A DNA stretch of 63,836 nucleotides, counting the filler, from Sphacelaria rigidula (lineage: Eukaryota): NCBI GenBank assembly GCA_964200075.2. It is 9 parts of 9 records of this genome, joined end to end, with 100 filler letters (N's around TTAATTAATTAA, not from the genome) between each part and the next. Parts side by side here need not be neighbours in the genome. Positions count along the whole stretch, not along the records: positions 35,522 to 42,525 come from CAXNAA020016998.1; positions 42,626 to 49,629 come from CAXNAA020016999.1; 7 more parts are not named here. One strand, given 5' to 3'. Made by a program: the position numbers and the translations under genes. Of the stretch, positions 35,522 through 48,800 are shown in pieces. Each line of letters begins with the position of its first letter. Within the stretch, counting starts at the first letter, position 1. The notes beneath the pieces were generated by a model. It was given only the letters and a program-made list of their open reading frames with translations, was not told the DNA's origin and did not search any database.

Positions 35522-38500
35522 ATCCCAGCAGTTCGCAAGTCGGGTTGCCCACTTGAGCCTCAATTCAGAGTTGAACCTCAATTCGCACAATTTGCTGTTG
35601 TGTGTTCGTCACCAGGCAGACAAAGTATTACACAAGACGACTCGTCTCCTAACTCGCCCACGTTGGCCCCTTTACCAGACGCCGGGTTCAACAATACAGC
35701 TTTACCAACCGTGCGTCCTGACGAATCGTCTCCTAAACCTCCCATGTTGGCCCTAACTAATGATGGTACTGAGTTGATTGGCGTTCAAACTCAACATCGC
35801 GCCTCGATGAATCGTCCCCTGTTGCGACCAAGCTGGATAATGTAATTGATCCCGCTTTGCACAATGACGATCCGCCCCCTCTGTTGGCCAAGAAGGATGA
35901 AACATGACGCACAGATCAGTCGTCGGGTCCAACCACGACAACTGCCCTTCCCCGACATCGCCCCTCCATTCCAGTATATGACATTCATCCCTCGACTGAT
36001 GAGACAAATATTCCAGGCACAAACGCTGACACTTCATGCACGCACCATCCTTCCGACCAAAAGCTTGTCCCACGGGATCATCGACGGGTGTACTTTAGCA
36101 CCTTTGTTCAAAACGTGAAGCAGGATGTGTCAGATGTCTTACCCGAATTCGGGCCCGATCTCGTCAGGGTACTGCAACTATGGATGATGCTTCTTTTACG
36201 ACCAAGATAGGTTTACATGGTGCAGCACATGCAAATTGTCATTTGATATCTCTTGCACTGCCAGACTCTGGTTCACTTCAAACCTTCATTACAGCCAGCT
36301 GCTGGCAACAGATGATCAACGCGGGTGCGGCGATCAAGCATTGTCTGTCCACCGTGCGCCCTCGTGTTTTTGATGGCTTTGGTTCCTTCACATCTCTTAC
36401 GGTCAATCAATCGGTGAGACTAAGTGTACAATTCTACCAGGATACTACTCCGACTGCTCGGTTGTCCGTATGGGCACTAAGTGTGCCCGACGGTTCCATG
36501 TCTTTTGATGTTTTGTTGGGTCGAGATAGTTGGCTTCGTTTTTCCACACACACGTCTACGACGGACACACCTGTCCCGAACCGTCTTGTCACTGGGTCAC
36601 TTCGACACTGATTCGGGAGCTCATGCTTATGAGGATGACCCCACGCAAACAGGTAATGCTTTCCGGCTGTACTATGTTGGTGAACCTGTAGTCTCGCTTT
36701 CTCGTGAACCCCAACTATTCCAAGTGAACCTCGCGAGACGCAATGGATCGCCCGCCCTCACCGGACATTATTTCGTCGAACTGCTCAAACATGACCAAGC
36801 ACAGGTTGGTCCGTTTGAACGGACCGAAGTCTTTGTCCACGAAGGTAGGCAAGTCATTTACCTCACGTCCCCTGCATGTTTCGGTATACTCAACGGTCAG
36901 TTGTTGGGTTATGCTAAAGCGCCTTTCATACGAACCGCCCTGTCAGATGTGTGCCCCCCGGCGAACAACAACTCGCCGACCGACCCCACGAAATCCACGG
37001 GCCCCCTCCCGCTACACATGCCTGATCCCATGGTGGTGACAAATCCACCGGATGCGCCTGACCCTCAACCCCCAAATGCGTTACAGGATAGATTTTCTTC
37101 AGAACAACGCGCCAATTTTCAAAAGTTGTGGGATGGCATTCCCCCTCACTTACGGCATATTGTTTTTGATGTATTTGGCGATGGTTGGACACCCACTGTA
37201 ATCGATAAATTGATATCCATCTTGATTAGATACTCTGAACGGTTTTCTACTGCACCCTTGGATTTGGTTCGATATACGACGACACCGTTTAAGATCATCA
37301 TTTCTGATGGCACTTCGCCTATCGCTATGCGTCCGTGTCGTACGAACCCCCTCTTGGCGGATAATTTCCAGGTAATTCTCGATGGTTACTTATCCGCTGG
37401 TTTAATTCGGCACTCGACGTCTCCGTGGGCCTCGCCTTTAGTGGTCGTCCGTAAGAAGAATGGCAAAATCAGACTGACGGGCAATTATCAGCGATTGAAT
37501 GCTGTCACCAAACTCGCCCTACTATCACTCTCACGGGTTGATGAAATTATTGACTCTCTTGGCGGGGGTAAAGTATTTTCGAACTTTGACATGCAGTCCG
37601 GCTACCACCAGCTCGTGATGGATCCAAATTCCATTGAACTGACAGCGTTTTGCACGCCATCAGGTTTGTAAGAGTGGTTAGTTAGACCACAAGGTGCCGC
37701 CGGAGCTCCAGGTGCGTTTCAACGTGTGATGTTCCGTGTAACTGATGGATTGCCCAAATGCCATATGTACCTTGATGATGCCGTGTGCCACGACTGCATC
37801 CCGGCTGAACACGTCGAACAGTTGGCATCATTCTTCAATCGGTTTAAACAACACAACTTGAAACTCGCACCCTCCAAATCCCGCATTGACGCCACGAAGA
37901 TTGAGTTCTTGATTCATTGCATTACCCCCGAAGGTCGTAGCCCAGACCTCGACAAGGTCGCCGCACTCTCCGATATGCCCATGCCACGGGACATTTCTCA
38001 ACTTCGTTCCTTTGGTTTAATCTACTACAGACAGTACTTGCCAAACCTTGCCCAGAAGCTAAAGCCCCTCACCACCCTCCTCACAAAATGGGTGAAATTT
38101 GTGTTCACATTGGGAATGGAAAAAATCGTCCGCCGCCTCCTTGACACCCTTTCGCGCCCGCCGATTCTCGTCTTCCCCGACTGCTCGGCCGCGGAGCAGG
38201 GTTCCCGCCCTTTCCGGCTCCATACAGATTCTTTCAAAATTGGGTTGGCTGCACATTAGAACAGGAGCACGTCGATGCTACTGCTCGTCCCATTGTCTAT
38301 CGAGTCGTACCACTTTTCCGAATAAACAGAACTGGTCTGTCATGCAACAAGAGGCCGGCGCAGTTGTTTGGGGCGTGCAACGTCTGCGTCAGTATTTGTA
38401 TCACATCCCGTTTTTGATTTATACCAACCACGAGTCTTTGGAAAGCCTTGCCAAAATGGCGGAACACAACGCTAGGGTCCAACGCTGATTCAAAATCCTG

Positions 38501-41500
38501 TCGCCTTCACACTTTCAACTGAAGTACCGCACAGGTCCCCAGAATGCAAACACCGACTTCCTGTCACGCTTGCCCACGCCAGCTCAACCTATCGATGAAT
38601 CTACCATGGGACGTATCACCGATCCCACCGAAGACATTGTATATTTCATAAGCAGGAATGGAGATAGAGGTCTCTACACACCACTTTCACCGAGAGAAAC
38701 GCTGGCTTTAGGCATGGGTGGGTTGGCGACCACAGCCCACGCATCAGTCCTGGGCAGCTTGCAACCTCAATCGCTGTACTCAGTCTGGAATGGACTGTCT
38801 ATGAATACTGTTGGCTATGGTCATTTTCGTGCAACTGGCCAGCGCATGGTTTTCGCAGCAGGTGTAGAACCGTCCTTTGCTGACTCCGTCTTACCAGTTC
38901 AAGTTCGAGATTTGATTTCGAGTAGGACTCTTGGACGGCGAACCGCCGAGACGGCCACCAAATTAGCCGTATCCGGTCCTGACCTTCCCCTCCCTGCCCC
39001 TACCCCGGTCCCCGATAGTTTCCTTGCGCCCCCGCAGCCTACGCGACGCAAGGCTCCCAAAACATCGACCCCGACCGCGCCGCCCCTGCCAACCATAGCC
39101 GAAACCACGGCTGTGCCCCCCTCCAGTGGTGATGATATTGCAAACACCACCACAACGCCGACCACGCTCATCGACGCAGGAGTAGACGTTAAGGTTCCGT
39201 CTGAGAGTACACCAACTGGTAGGCTCACCCTTGATTCCGAAATCACCGCTTCGTGCCAACCCCGCCCCGAACCGACCTCACACGAAGTGAACGCTTCAAC
39301 AGATGGTGTATTCAAGGAACGTTTGACTCTCTTCTCCCACGCCGATTAGGCCCGGGAACAACAGGCAGAACTTGCTTGTAAATCAGCTATCCATTATCTA
39401 TCTAAAGGTTGTCCATGTCCATTCTCAGAAACTGAATTCCTTTTGCCAGTCGGGAATCTCAAAGCGCCCACACAGGATTAAGTTACTGAACTTTCAAGGA
39501 AAGGTATGCTACATACAGATGATGATGATATGGTTCTGTTAGTTTGCCGGCCCACAGCCTCCCCAGGGAGAAGCCTACAAGTCGATATGCCCGCTTGCTA
39601 GGTGATGAACCCATCCGCGTCTATGTCCCGATGCTCCTGCGCCCATGGGTTCTACACGAATGCCGTTCACAGGCATCGACTCATTTAGGCGCCATTAGGA
39701 CCTCCAGATGTTGGGAGTGTTTTTATAGGTGGATTTGTATGAATCAGTGTTGTCGTTGGTGGGTGAGGCGTTGTCTTTTGTGTCAGGCGCGAAACACTTT
39801 CCGTCAAACAGTTCGTTGTCCGATTGTTTCCATGCCATTCCCAAACGGGCCCGGTGAAGTAGTTTCATGGGACTATTTTGGTCCTTTGCCCCTGACGGAT
39901 AGTGGGAATGACACTTTCTACGGTAGCTCCCCCCCCAAAAAGTGCATGGTTTTGGGAGGCAAAATCTTCACGTAATTCGAAATGGGAAAAGCCGAGCACA
40001 AGGAGAAGCTGGGAATTCCTATGCTTGGGTTCGTTCAAGTCAATGTTGCCAATATGAGGCGCTTCATGCAGCCTAAACCCGCGCATCAGGTACTATATGG
40101 CCATTTTTTCGTGACACTTTCAGCTGGTTTTTGGGGGGGGCTATCGTAGAACGTGTCGAATAAGTATATTTTGTTGTTTACGGATATATTTAGTCGACAT
40201 ACGGTGATGCACGCCGTCCCCCCCAGTAGTTATACCGCGGAAGGTAACGCCAACATTCTCGTCTACATGTACATCCCACTGTGGGGTGTGCCCAAACACT
40301 TATTATCTGACAACGGCCCGCATTTTTCAGGCAAACTTTCTGCCGCCGTCAGTGACCTTTTGGGTGCCCATCGCATTTTTACTAGTTCATATCACCTTTC
40401 CACCTATGGTGGAACGGAACGAGTGAACCATACGATGGCACCGATGCTTGCTGCTGTAGCGAATGAGAGACAGGTGGACTGGGATCTGCACCTGCCCCTT
40501 GTCCAGATGAACTGCAACAATTCAGTCAATGCCGCTATGGGATTCTTGCCGAATGAAATTCATGTCGGACGCATGCCTCGGTTACCTTTAACGGTATTCG
40601 AACGCAAAAATACAGGTGGACATCAGAGTCTGGATCGTGATGTTGTAGAGTATCATTTGTCGGTTAGCACTCGTCTTCGTCTTGCATATGAAGTGGTACG
40701 AGAACAGAACCAAATCAATTTGGCCAAGGTGGCCAGGGCGAACTCGATGTTGGATGATGTGGTGCATAACCGCCCGGTGTGGAAGGTAGGCCAATAGACA
40801 GAGATGTATAACGATGTGAAGACCATCAATCAAGGGGCTAGCTCGAAATCATCATCTTTGGATGAAGTGTTGAAGGCGAAACTATCCTTGAATTGGACTG
40901 GTCCTTGGGAAATTTTACCTGTTGGTCCAAGCGCTACCGCACCCGACAAGAGTCCGGTGGGAGCGAAACTTTTGTATTTAGATTTTCCCACGGATGAACC
41001 TGGTTTGAAACCGAAAAATCGCGTCTCGATGCTACGATGCAAACCGTGTATCCCCCCTCATGACTCCTCTGACATGCCCAAACAACTGCCGGTAGGGCTT
41101 AGCCAGTATGTGTTCACCAAGTATGCAATCAAAACTCCGTCGTATCATATGACGGTCGAGGATGCGGACGCACCCCTGGAACGTGTTGAGGTAGATAGGA
41201 TTTCGGGTCATCAACTGGTTCGTGGTCGTGGAGGTAAAATAGCGGTAATGTATCAGACACATTGGAAGGGTATCATGCGTGTGACATGGGAGCGTGAGGT
41301 TGATTTGCGTCATTGTCGTCGGGAAATATTGCTGTACTGGGTAGGAGATACCGTCCAACACCGCCCGTTGAATAAGAGATATCGGTCCATGCGCAAGGGA
41401 GCTGCCGCTCGAGAACTGGCACGTGAACACTCAGCGCGGTTTGTTGTGGCAGGATATAGCGTTCTTTCGCGTTCACAATACATGCAGTGTTTTCACGGAA

Positions 41501-41778
41501 TACGATTGCCCAAAGGGGCGTTTTTTTGGTATATGGCTTTGGATTCACTGTGGTGGTTGGGAAAAATTCATTTTGTCGATCCTGCATCTGACCACTCCTA
41601 CTTTATCCGTTTCTTTGATGACCCGAGCCCCCTTAAGATTAGCTTGGATGATGCGTACTACACCGAGGAGCCGACCGCTCGGAGGGGATCCTGGTGCCTC
41701 CAACGACACGACCAAGTCGAACTCGAAACAGCCGTTCTACGGAACACGGACACCGCTTGGGATGCAGATGACTCATGA
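35522..41778 (+). mobile_element. Decayed chromodomain-bearing Ty3/Gypsy retrotransposon pol (PR-RT-RH-IN-chromo-Tudor/PWWP-like)
   Basis: Protease LPDSGS at ~36255. RT SPWASPLVVV, FDMQSGYHQ and YLDD at 37420-37780. RNase H FRLHTD at ~38210. Integrase H..H/C..C, DYFGPLP, SDNGPHF, TERVNHT. WTGPWEI, then chromodomain YQTHWKG..TWE. Contains stops, frameshifts and a MITE insertion. Confidence 0.93.
39910..40157 (+). mobile_element. 248-bp MITE with 4-bp TSD (GAAT), inserted in the integrase
   Basis: TIRs GACACTTTCTACGGTAGC / GCTATCGTAGAACGTGTC. GAAT at 39906-09 and 40158-61. Removing it restores ..PLPLTDSGN-KYILLFTD... Confidence 0.92.
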
Positions 41779-42626
41779 TGCCACATCCGAGTCTGCTTCC
41801 CCATTCACCTCGCGTAGTGTACCGCATTCGAGTCGCTTGTCTTGCATTGCAGCGTCGTTGGAAAACCATGTGCTCCCCCCCCCCTTTCCCCCTTCATTTT
41901 TTTCCCACTGGTTAGCCCCGTACTTGTAGTGGTTGATGTCGTGTTTTGTGTTTGGTATTTTGTCTTTTGTTTTCATATTTTGAATTTTTCTGTGTGTTGT
42001 GTTTTGTTTTTTGTTGTTTTGGCCTTGATTTTGTGTTTCGGTTTGTTTTGCCTTTGCGTCAACTGTTTTGATTTTTGTTCTGGTCTGTTTTCTTGTTTTT
42101 GTCTTCTTTTCTTCTCTTTTCGCCTCGTGCTTTGTGTTCGATTTTTTGTGTTCAATGGGTACTTCTCTTGAGTTCATCTGGCGAAGTACACGTGACGCCC
42201 GTTCCATTCCTGACCACGAGTCTGGAGCCTTGAACCTCCGTCCTCCGCGCCGTACATTCACAACTATTCCGTCCACCGGAACAGTCACCACGAGTTATTT
42301 ATTTCTTCATTTTTTTCTCGTTGTATGCACATCTTGTCTTGCTTTGTTTATTACATAACAGCCGATCCTGATTTTTGAGGTTGAAACATAAAATGAGGTT
42401 GAAGTCCCATTTCTCCATTACAGGGAAGATACGAAAGACTAACACAGAGCGAAAGTATCTTACCCCCCCAAACTCCGCGGGAGACCGCGAGAGTAGGTCA
42501 CCTGCTGAATCGACATCAATATTCANNNNNNNNNNNNNNNNNNNNNNNNNNNNNNNNNNNNNNNNNNNNTTAATTAATTAANNNNNNNNNNNNNNNNNNN
42601 NNNNNNNNNNNNNNNNNNNNNNNNNC

Positions 42627-42672
42627 GTATCACATGGGCAAACAACAAATGCGTACCCCCCCCCCCCCCCCC
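42627..42672 (+). mobile_element. 3' end of oligo(C)-tailed LINE (contig start)
   Basis: GGCAAACAACAAATGCGTA followed by a long C-run. Confidence 0.6.
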
Positions 42673-43357
42673 ATATCGTAAGATGACTCTAAACGAAATA
42701 TAGTCCGGTCGGGAGTGGGTGTGGTTGGTGCTGAACCAGTGGGTAACTGGTACAAATGTGCCTCTATCACTACAGTTCATGCGCCTCTCAGGTGGAAGGT
42801 GGACGGTACTACACCAATATACTCTATCCAACAGCCGAGGACGTTCCGATTTAGTTTACTGGGGACCGTGCTCAAGCGACAGAGTCAGTCCGTCACAAAC
42901 AAAAATATGCAAGGGATAGCATTGAAAGTAGAACAATCTCGTAAACTGGCCTTGCTCCCAACCGCACATCTCCGACGAATCCCACGCTTTTCTTTGCATT
43001 TTCGGTAGTCATCAAAGGCCGGGAGACCGCTGAAAATTGGAAAACCTCGTCTCCCCCCTAGCAAGTCCATGTTCACCGTCTATAAAGGTAAGTGACTGCT
43101 GGAGGGGACCTTATGGTTCATTTTTTCAATTTGATAGTTGAGTCTGTCGTGAGTAAGCGGGGTCTCTTGACGTACGTAAAACTAAGTGGCGATACCGTCA
43201 AGCGCGTGTCTTTGCAGCTTTCGCCCGAATTTTCAAGCCCTCCCCCACCAGGCATATGTTATCCAATGAGATATCCCCTCGGTGAAAACTGACGATGGCG
43301 TCAGTGAATGATTGCTCTGAGCAACTCCAATACCTCTCTGATGTGCGGTGATGACAG

Positions 43358-43437
43358 GCGAGTTTTGGATGATTTTACACCGGACATTCTGCAAGTACAT
43401 CGAGTCTTCCCCAGACAACGTCGCTCGCTCCCTTCAG
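43358..43437 (+). CDS. GT14 (core-2/I-branching / xylosyltransferase-like) glycosyltransferase exon
   Basis: acag|GC GAG..CAG|gtgaac. Encodes (G)EFWMILHRTFCKYIESSPDNVARSLQ, resembling GT14 GSxWxxLSRxFxEY..DNLPRxL. Not in the ORF track. Confidence 0.8.
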
Positions 43438-43963
43438 GTGAACCATAAGTATGTATCACTCGCGTTGACAACAGTGCGGAGGTGATATACCAACAGTAGT
43501 GCTTTCACCAACGTGGTTTACATGACGATAGCTGTCCATGTCGGCGTTCGTTGTTGCTTCGTAACTGGGTGCATCTGGATTCAACATTTACCGTAGGCGA
43601 CAGTGATGCCTTGAGTGCAGTAAGCGACGAGTAAGCTCAAGATGGTCCTGGAATACTAGGGATCGAGACGCCCAAATGCCATTGAACCCGCGTACTATTG
43701 CTCCACTGCACCACCTGCGGCGAAAAAATCTATGCGATCAAGATATGGCGGCCACTGGACGATTAATTCACTGTGCGGGCCACGTCGCGCCGGAATGGAT
43801 TTAGCTTTTGTGCGTTACAGTTATAGCAGTACCATTTTGTGCCACCGATTCCATCCCGGGTCATTCCTGCGCCGAGAACACACCTACGTGCGGCTACGAT
43901 CATTCTCACCACTTCTGCTGCTAACAGCTGTTAACTATATGCCGCTGCATGTGCTTTCCTCAG

Positions 43964-44053
43964 GCGTACTTCTCAAGGTTTCGCATTTCCGATGAAAGCT
44001 ACTTCCAGACCGTGCTATGCCACCCACAGGCACCCAGCTTCCCTGTGTATGCG
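43964..44053 (+). CDS. GT14 glycosyltransferase exon carrying the conserved acidic DExYFQT motif
   Basis: cctcag|GCG..GCG|gtgcgt, 30 codons, phase 0. Encodes AYFSRFRISDESYFQTVLCHPQAPSFPVYA. Confidence 0.85.
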
Positions 44054-44194
44054 GTGCGTAGTGAACATGCACCCTCGCGAAAGCTTGATATTCGCTCGAT
44101 AGATATCTAGAATGTTGACATCAACTTTAACCCCTGGGTACGCCTCGGATGTTGCGCTTATGAGAATACCGCTGTAATGTCGTGGAGCCGCCGT

Positions 44195-44460
44195 GCCCCG
44201 GTGGGGTAACTGGTGCACCAAGAGTCTCTCAGACAGAAGGCTAAGGTTGCGGATTCGCATCCCGCCAGACTCAGTGTTTTCGAGAAGGACGCGGTTTCCG
44301 CAGCTGAAAACGCGGGGCCGTGAGTAGCATAAAAAATGTAAGGAGTGTTGACGCTGCGCAGGAGTGCTGATCCAACCCGCTGTGCCGAAATGCTCAGGCA
44401 TATACCTGGGTGAGACGGATTGGCCGCTTGAGACGTTAGACTCGTCCCGAGAAAGGGTAT
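44195..44460 (+). mobile_element. tRNA-derived SINE family A (diverged), intronic
   Basis: GCCCCGGTGGGGTAACTGG head; body matches the reverse complement of 300-480. Confidence 0.65.
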
Positions 44461-44690
44461 GATATGCAGGGCTGCGTGTTGGAACCCATACATTTTGGTC
44501 GTAGTTCAATGTACTTTGAAGGCAAAAAGGCAGTGTGTGTGTAACACGCTGCCTGTGGGCGGTCAACAACGAAGTCGACCATGAAGAGAGCTGAAGGTAA
44601 AACATGTGCCTTTCCTGCCTCCGCCGGTGCGGCCCCCTCACCAGCGAGGGAGGGCCGTTTCGGCCCGGGCTTCGCCCTTAACTGGTGTCT

Positions 44691-44980
44691 GACGGCGCAA
44701 CGATCCCGATACATCACAACTTATTGGCGCCAATACGCTTGTCAAAGAGCCCCTGATTCCATCGGGTCAACATATGAAACTACAGTATAACAGGATTGCT
44801 GGATAACTTGCGCGTACTGTCCAAAAGATATTTCGGTCCGACGGGCGCAACAATCCCCGATACATCATAATGTACTGGCGCCAATATGCTTGCCAACGAG
44901 TAACTGATTCCATTCTGTTACCACCTGAAACAAGCGTATATAACGGAATTGCTAGATAAACTGCGAGTACTGTACAAGCG
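44691..44980 (+). repeat. Diverged tandem duplication of ~150 bp
   Basis: GGCGCAAC.ATCCCGATACATCA..TGGCGCCAATA.GCTTG..GTACTGT.CAA occurs twice. Confidence 0.7.
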
Positions 44981-45699
44981 ATGTTCTGGAGGATAGTGGT
45001 GCCGTTATCGCCTGAATCTTGAGTCCTATGTGCCATATGCTACTGTACAGTGTTGTGTTACGCACATCACAATGCAGCATATATATATCTTCAACCATCC
45101 GGCGATACTGCTCACGTGAGATGTATTGGTACACATGTTGAATCAACCTTGCAACTTTTTGTGATGAAAACAGACCAAAATACAGCCCTGAAGATTTCCA
45201 TTTTTTGTAGTAGTTTTTTACCAGCCAACTACTCGGTGTTCCTACTATGGCAGTGCTGTCTGTATTGTTCACCTCAGCTAAAACGTTGTCGCGTAGCTGT
45301 CAGATTTGAAGTGACACCACCATGCAAGCCAAGCCCACCCGTCAAAGTTAAGAACCATACATGAATTTAAGAACCGTGAAATGACTAATGATGAGTGATG
45401 CTACGATAGGAGGGGGACGGGGTGGGATAGCTCGGGCCATTTATTCCACGATATTCCACGTCAACTCGTCGTTGAATGCAGGAACGTTTGTTCAAACGCG
45501 CTTGTTAACAAGAAGACACTGTTACCCCTACCACTTGACACCGTTTTCGCCCGAACACAAAAACACCGCGAGTAGTGAGGCCGTCTGACACACCTATGAG
45601 CCCCTGTCTTTCAGGGAATCAAACACGCCCCCACCCCTATCATGACATGACTCGGATGTACTCGCTATTTACCTAAACATTGAATTGCGTGTTATCCAG

Positions 45700-45834
45700 G
45701 ACAACATGAGGTTTGTGTCTTGGCCCGACGTGGGCGAAGAGTTCTACGTTCTCCACCCTGATCCCATCACTGCCGCCAACGTGGGGCCAGCGCTGGGAAG
45801 CGGTGCTCTTTTCGCAAGGAAGTTCGATTATAAG
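45700..45834 (+). CDS. GT14 glycosyltransferase exon
   Basis: ccag|GAC..AAG|gtaact, 45 codons. Encodes DNMRFVSW..HPDPIT..SGALFARKFDYK (GT14 LRY..W..HP...FARKFD motif). Confidence 0.88.
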
Positions 45835-48800
45835 GTAACTCCAGCGTGCAGGTTCTCCCTTTGCACTGCACGAAGATTTGGTCGTAGGGTTTTGAAAGCA
45901 TGATTACGGGTACAGTACGTCACACAGAGATGAAAATGCTAGTTGCGAGGGCGGGGTGTCACATGTCTCACCTGGCGGCAGAGACTCCACCGTACAACTG
46001 CTCAACGGCACGAATAAAATATGAAGATGGCATCGTATAGTACGACTAACGCATGCACGTGCCAATGATCGCGGTTATACAAAGTATCCGTAGCGTCAAT
46101 CGGGGAAGACGCGACCAGCAAAGGAACACGTGGTGAAAGAGAAAACTAGATCTGAAGATAGCGCAGCTGCGGCCATCGCTGAAGCCGTTCGTAAGATTCG
46201 TAAGATACGTCTTCCGCAGCAGGCAGAGCGCGCTGAAATGTCCGACGAAAACGGTGCCGCCACCTACGAGGCTAAATGTCTGGTCATCCTGCGCTCAGTT
46301 TTCGATTCAAGTACCCCAAAGTGTGAGTAATGCTGAAAGGGAATATTCATATTCTTCGTTTTAAAAGGTTTGCTACGAGCGCCTGAGCATGAAAAAGCAT
46401 GGGAAGAAAAATGACGAAAGTGCGTATCCTATCCCCAACATTGGTCAGGTGTCTCAAAACGCGTACCTCATGATTGAACATGACTTGAGTCGCACCAGCC
46501 CCGAACGCGTGAGACGGACCTCGCTGCGTCTTTCCCCAGCTAGCGGTGTGGTTGACAGGAAAACGTTCTGTGAAGTACCGGAAGGCTACAGCATCCAGGA
46601 GGTCAGTCTGCCCATGTCTCAACCAGCGGGACACCAGATCACAGTCGTTTGTCTTGCTTTTGCTATAGGTTTGGGCCCGCTTGTTTCGTTGTCGGATTCG
46701 GTATTTGTTTCACTTCGGCTTGTTTGTTCTCACACCCTGGACAAGAGATTCAACCATAAAAAAATGTACTGCGTACAGTATGGAGTCTGCTGTCTATTGC
46801 AATAGGCGCAATAGTCGATACTGTCGCAGCACACTTTTTGACTGTGTATTATATTGTCCAGGGTGTCCTTGTTCTGACGCAACAATTTCTATAATTGTTG
46901 TTTTTTATTCATGTGTTTATGTTCCACTTCTTTCACCCGATCGTTTTGACTAGTTATCGATCGGCGTTGAAAACTTCATTGTCTATTTTTTTCTTGTCTT
47001 TTTGCTGAGAAAGAAAGACAGCACTTGGGAGTAGATATATGTGACCTCGCCAATTTCCTGCACATCATGAAGGAACTACGCTTCGAAGAACTTGTGTACC
47101 GCTTGTTCAACTATCTTGCCTTATCCACAAATGCTTAGCAGAAGCCCCCGAAAATCATCGAACTTGTGGTTCGATTGATGACTGACACTAGTGGCGGGCT
47201 GCTTTTTGCCGTCCAACCTTGTGCGGACCATGAACTGTGCCGTGCCCAGGTACTCTCTCGCCCCCCAAAATCTTCTTTCGAGAGAAAGAAGACCCGCCTC
47301 AATGCAGGAAATGCTGTCAAGCAACAGGTGACCAGTAGAGAAGCTACGGAGGGAAAAGCGGGCACCAATCCCTGACGACTATACCGGAATATCGTCTAGT
47401 ACTTCAAGAACTGTTCATCTACCACGATTTTGCGGACAGTTATTGTTGCTACATTTTGCACTTTTTGCGATGATTCTGGAATTCTTGAAGAAGAAACGCA
47501 TGAGTCTGTTCGGAGCATATAATAAAGATACGCGGGTACCTACGAGTATGTATAGAGGTAACATTGACCGCAACCGTTTTCCGCGAATGCGGGTGGGATA
47601 AGAAACTATCCTTCGCGATGATCCCTTATGTCCAAATGCGGAAAAGTTTACCTTTTTGTACTTGGACTTCACGGAGGTGGGCCGGTTTATGGGCGGGCGG
47701 AGCGGCGCCGCGGTAGGGGGCAGCGCAGCTTGTTTTTCTGACGCAACGAGCGCAATGACGATACTGCATGTAGCATGTACCTCTGTCGTGTCTGGGAACA
47801 TTCAAGGGTGGCTCGTGCCCGCGTAAGTGGTGGGGTATGTGTTTGTGGGAAGGTAGTAAATATGTTGTGGTGGGCGAAGTGGGTATGCGTACGTTGGTGC
47901 GCGGAAATGCAGAAGGTCGCACAAATCGCCCCTGGAGGCGTACTGGTATGTATTTCGGTGAAGAGAAGAGCTGCGCGTTCGAAGTCGAACGGCCGAATTG
48001 CGAGGCTGCCGAAACCGACGTTGTTCCCTCCGCTCTAGTTGGACATCGTGGTAAGATTTGACGCCAACACTTGACATCCGCTCGCCTTTTTCTGAGGGAC
48101 AATGGCAACAGCTGTGAAGTGAAATATTTGGCATAGCGTGTGTCAATGCGCCCAGTATTTGTTGATGAGAGACGTACGAGGGCGTGAGAAGTTGACCGTT
48201 GGTTGTGCCGACGCTTGGATGCGTGTGACTCTACTCTGTTTCGTACACGCTGTTTGTGAGTGCATGGATTTCCCTAATGCTGATAGATGTTCCTGATGTT
48301 CCAGTTGAACAAGTGGCGTGTCTGCATTTTGACGCATTGACGCACGCTATAGATATTCCTATTTGCCATGGTTCAGGATTGTAAACGTAAGTCAAATAAT
48401 CGTTTCGTTGTGCTTGCCCCAGGCACGCCGTCACTTTTTCATGTCGACGTCTCTATAACTCGTAGTACTGCATCGCCCGAACGGTTCGGGTTTTCAAGCT
48501 CACCACGAATGCTACCTAGGAAATATACGGGCCGGGAATTGCCGCCGCTACGTCATCTGCCGAGAACTGTCAATGGTCTGCTCCTTCCTTTTCGTGCCGT
48601 AAGGAAGCTGATGTGTGGTTATCAATAATTCAAATCAAATCACGTTGATATTCGGCTTAGGCGTGGCATTGCATGGGGTTTTGCTCGAGTCCTCTTTATC
48701 GGAGCGCCATTTTTGCCGTGTCAACGTGGTTTTGGACGACACATTCTCTTTCTGTGTTTTTCCTGGCTCTCTAGTTCTCTAATTGACCGGCTTTGTAGGT

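Noticed and set aside
41773-42358. K/T/Q-rich and F/V/C-rich ORFs
   Set aside because: Low-complexity T-rich 3' region of the Gypsy element; a compositional artefact, as at 50689-51076.
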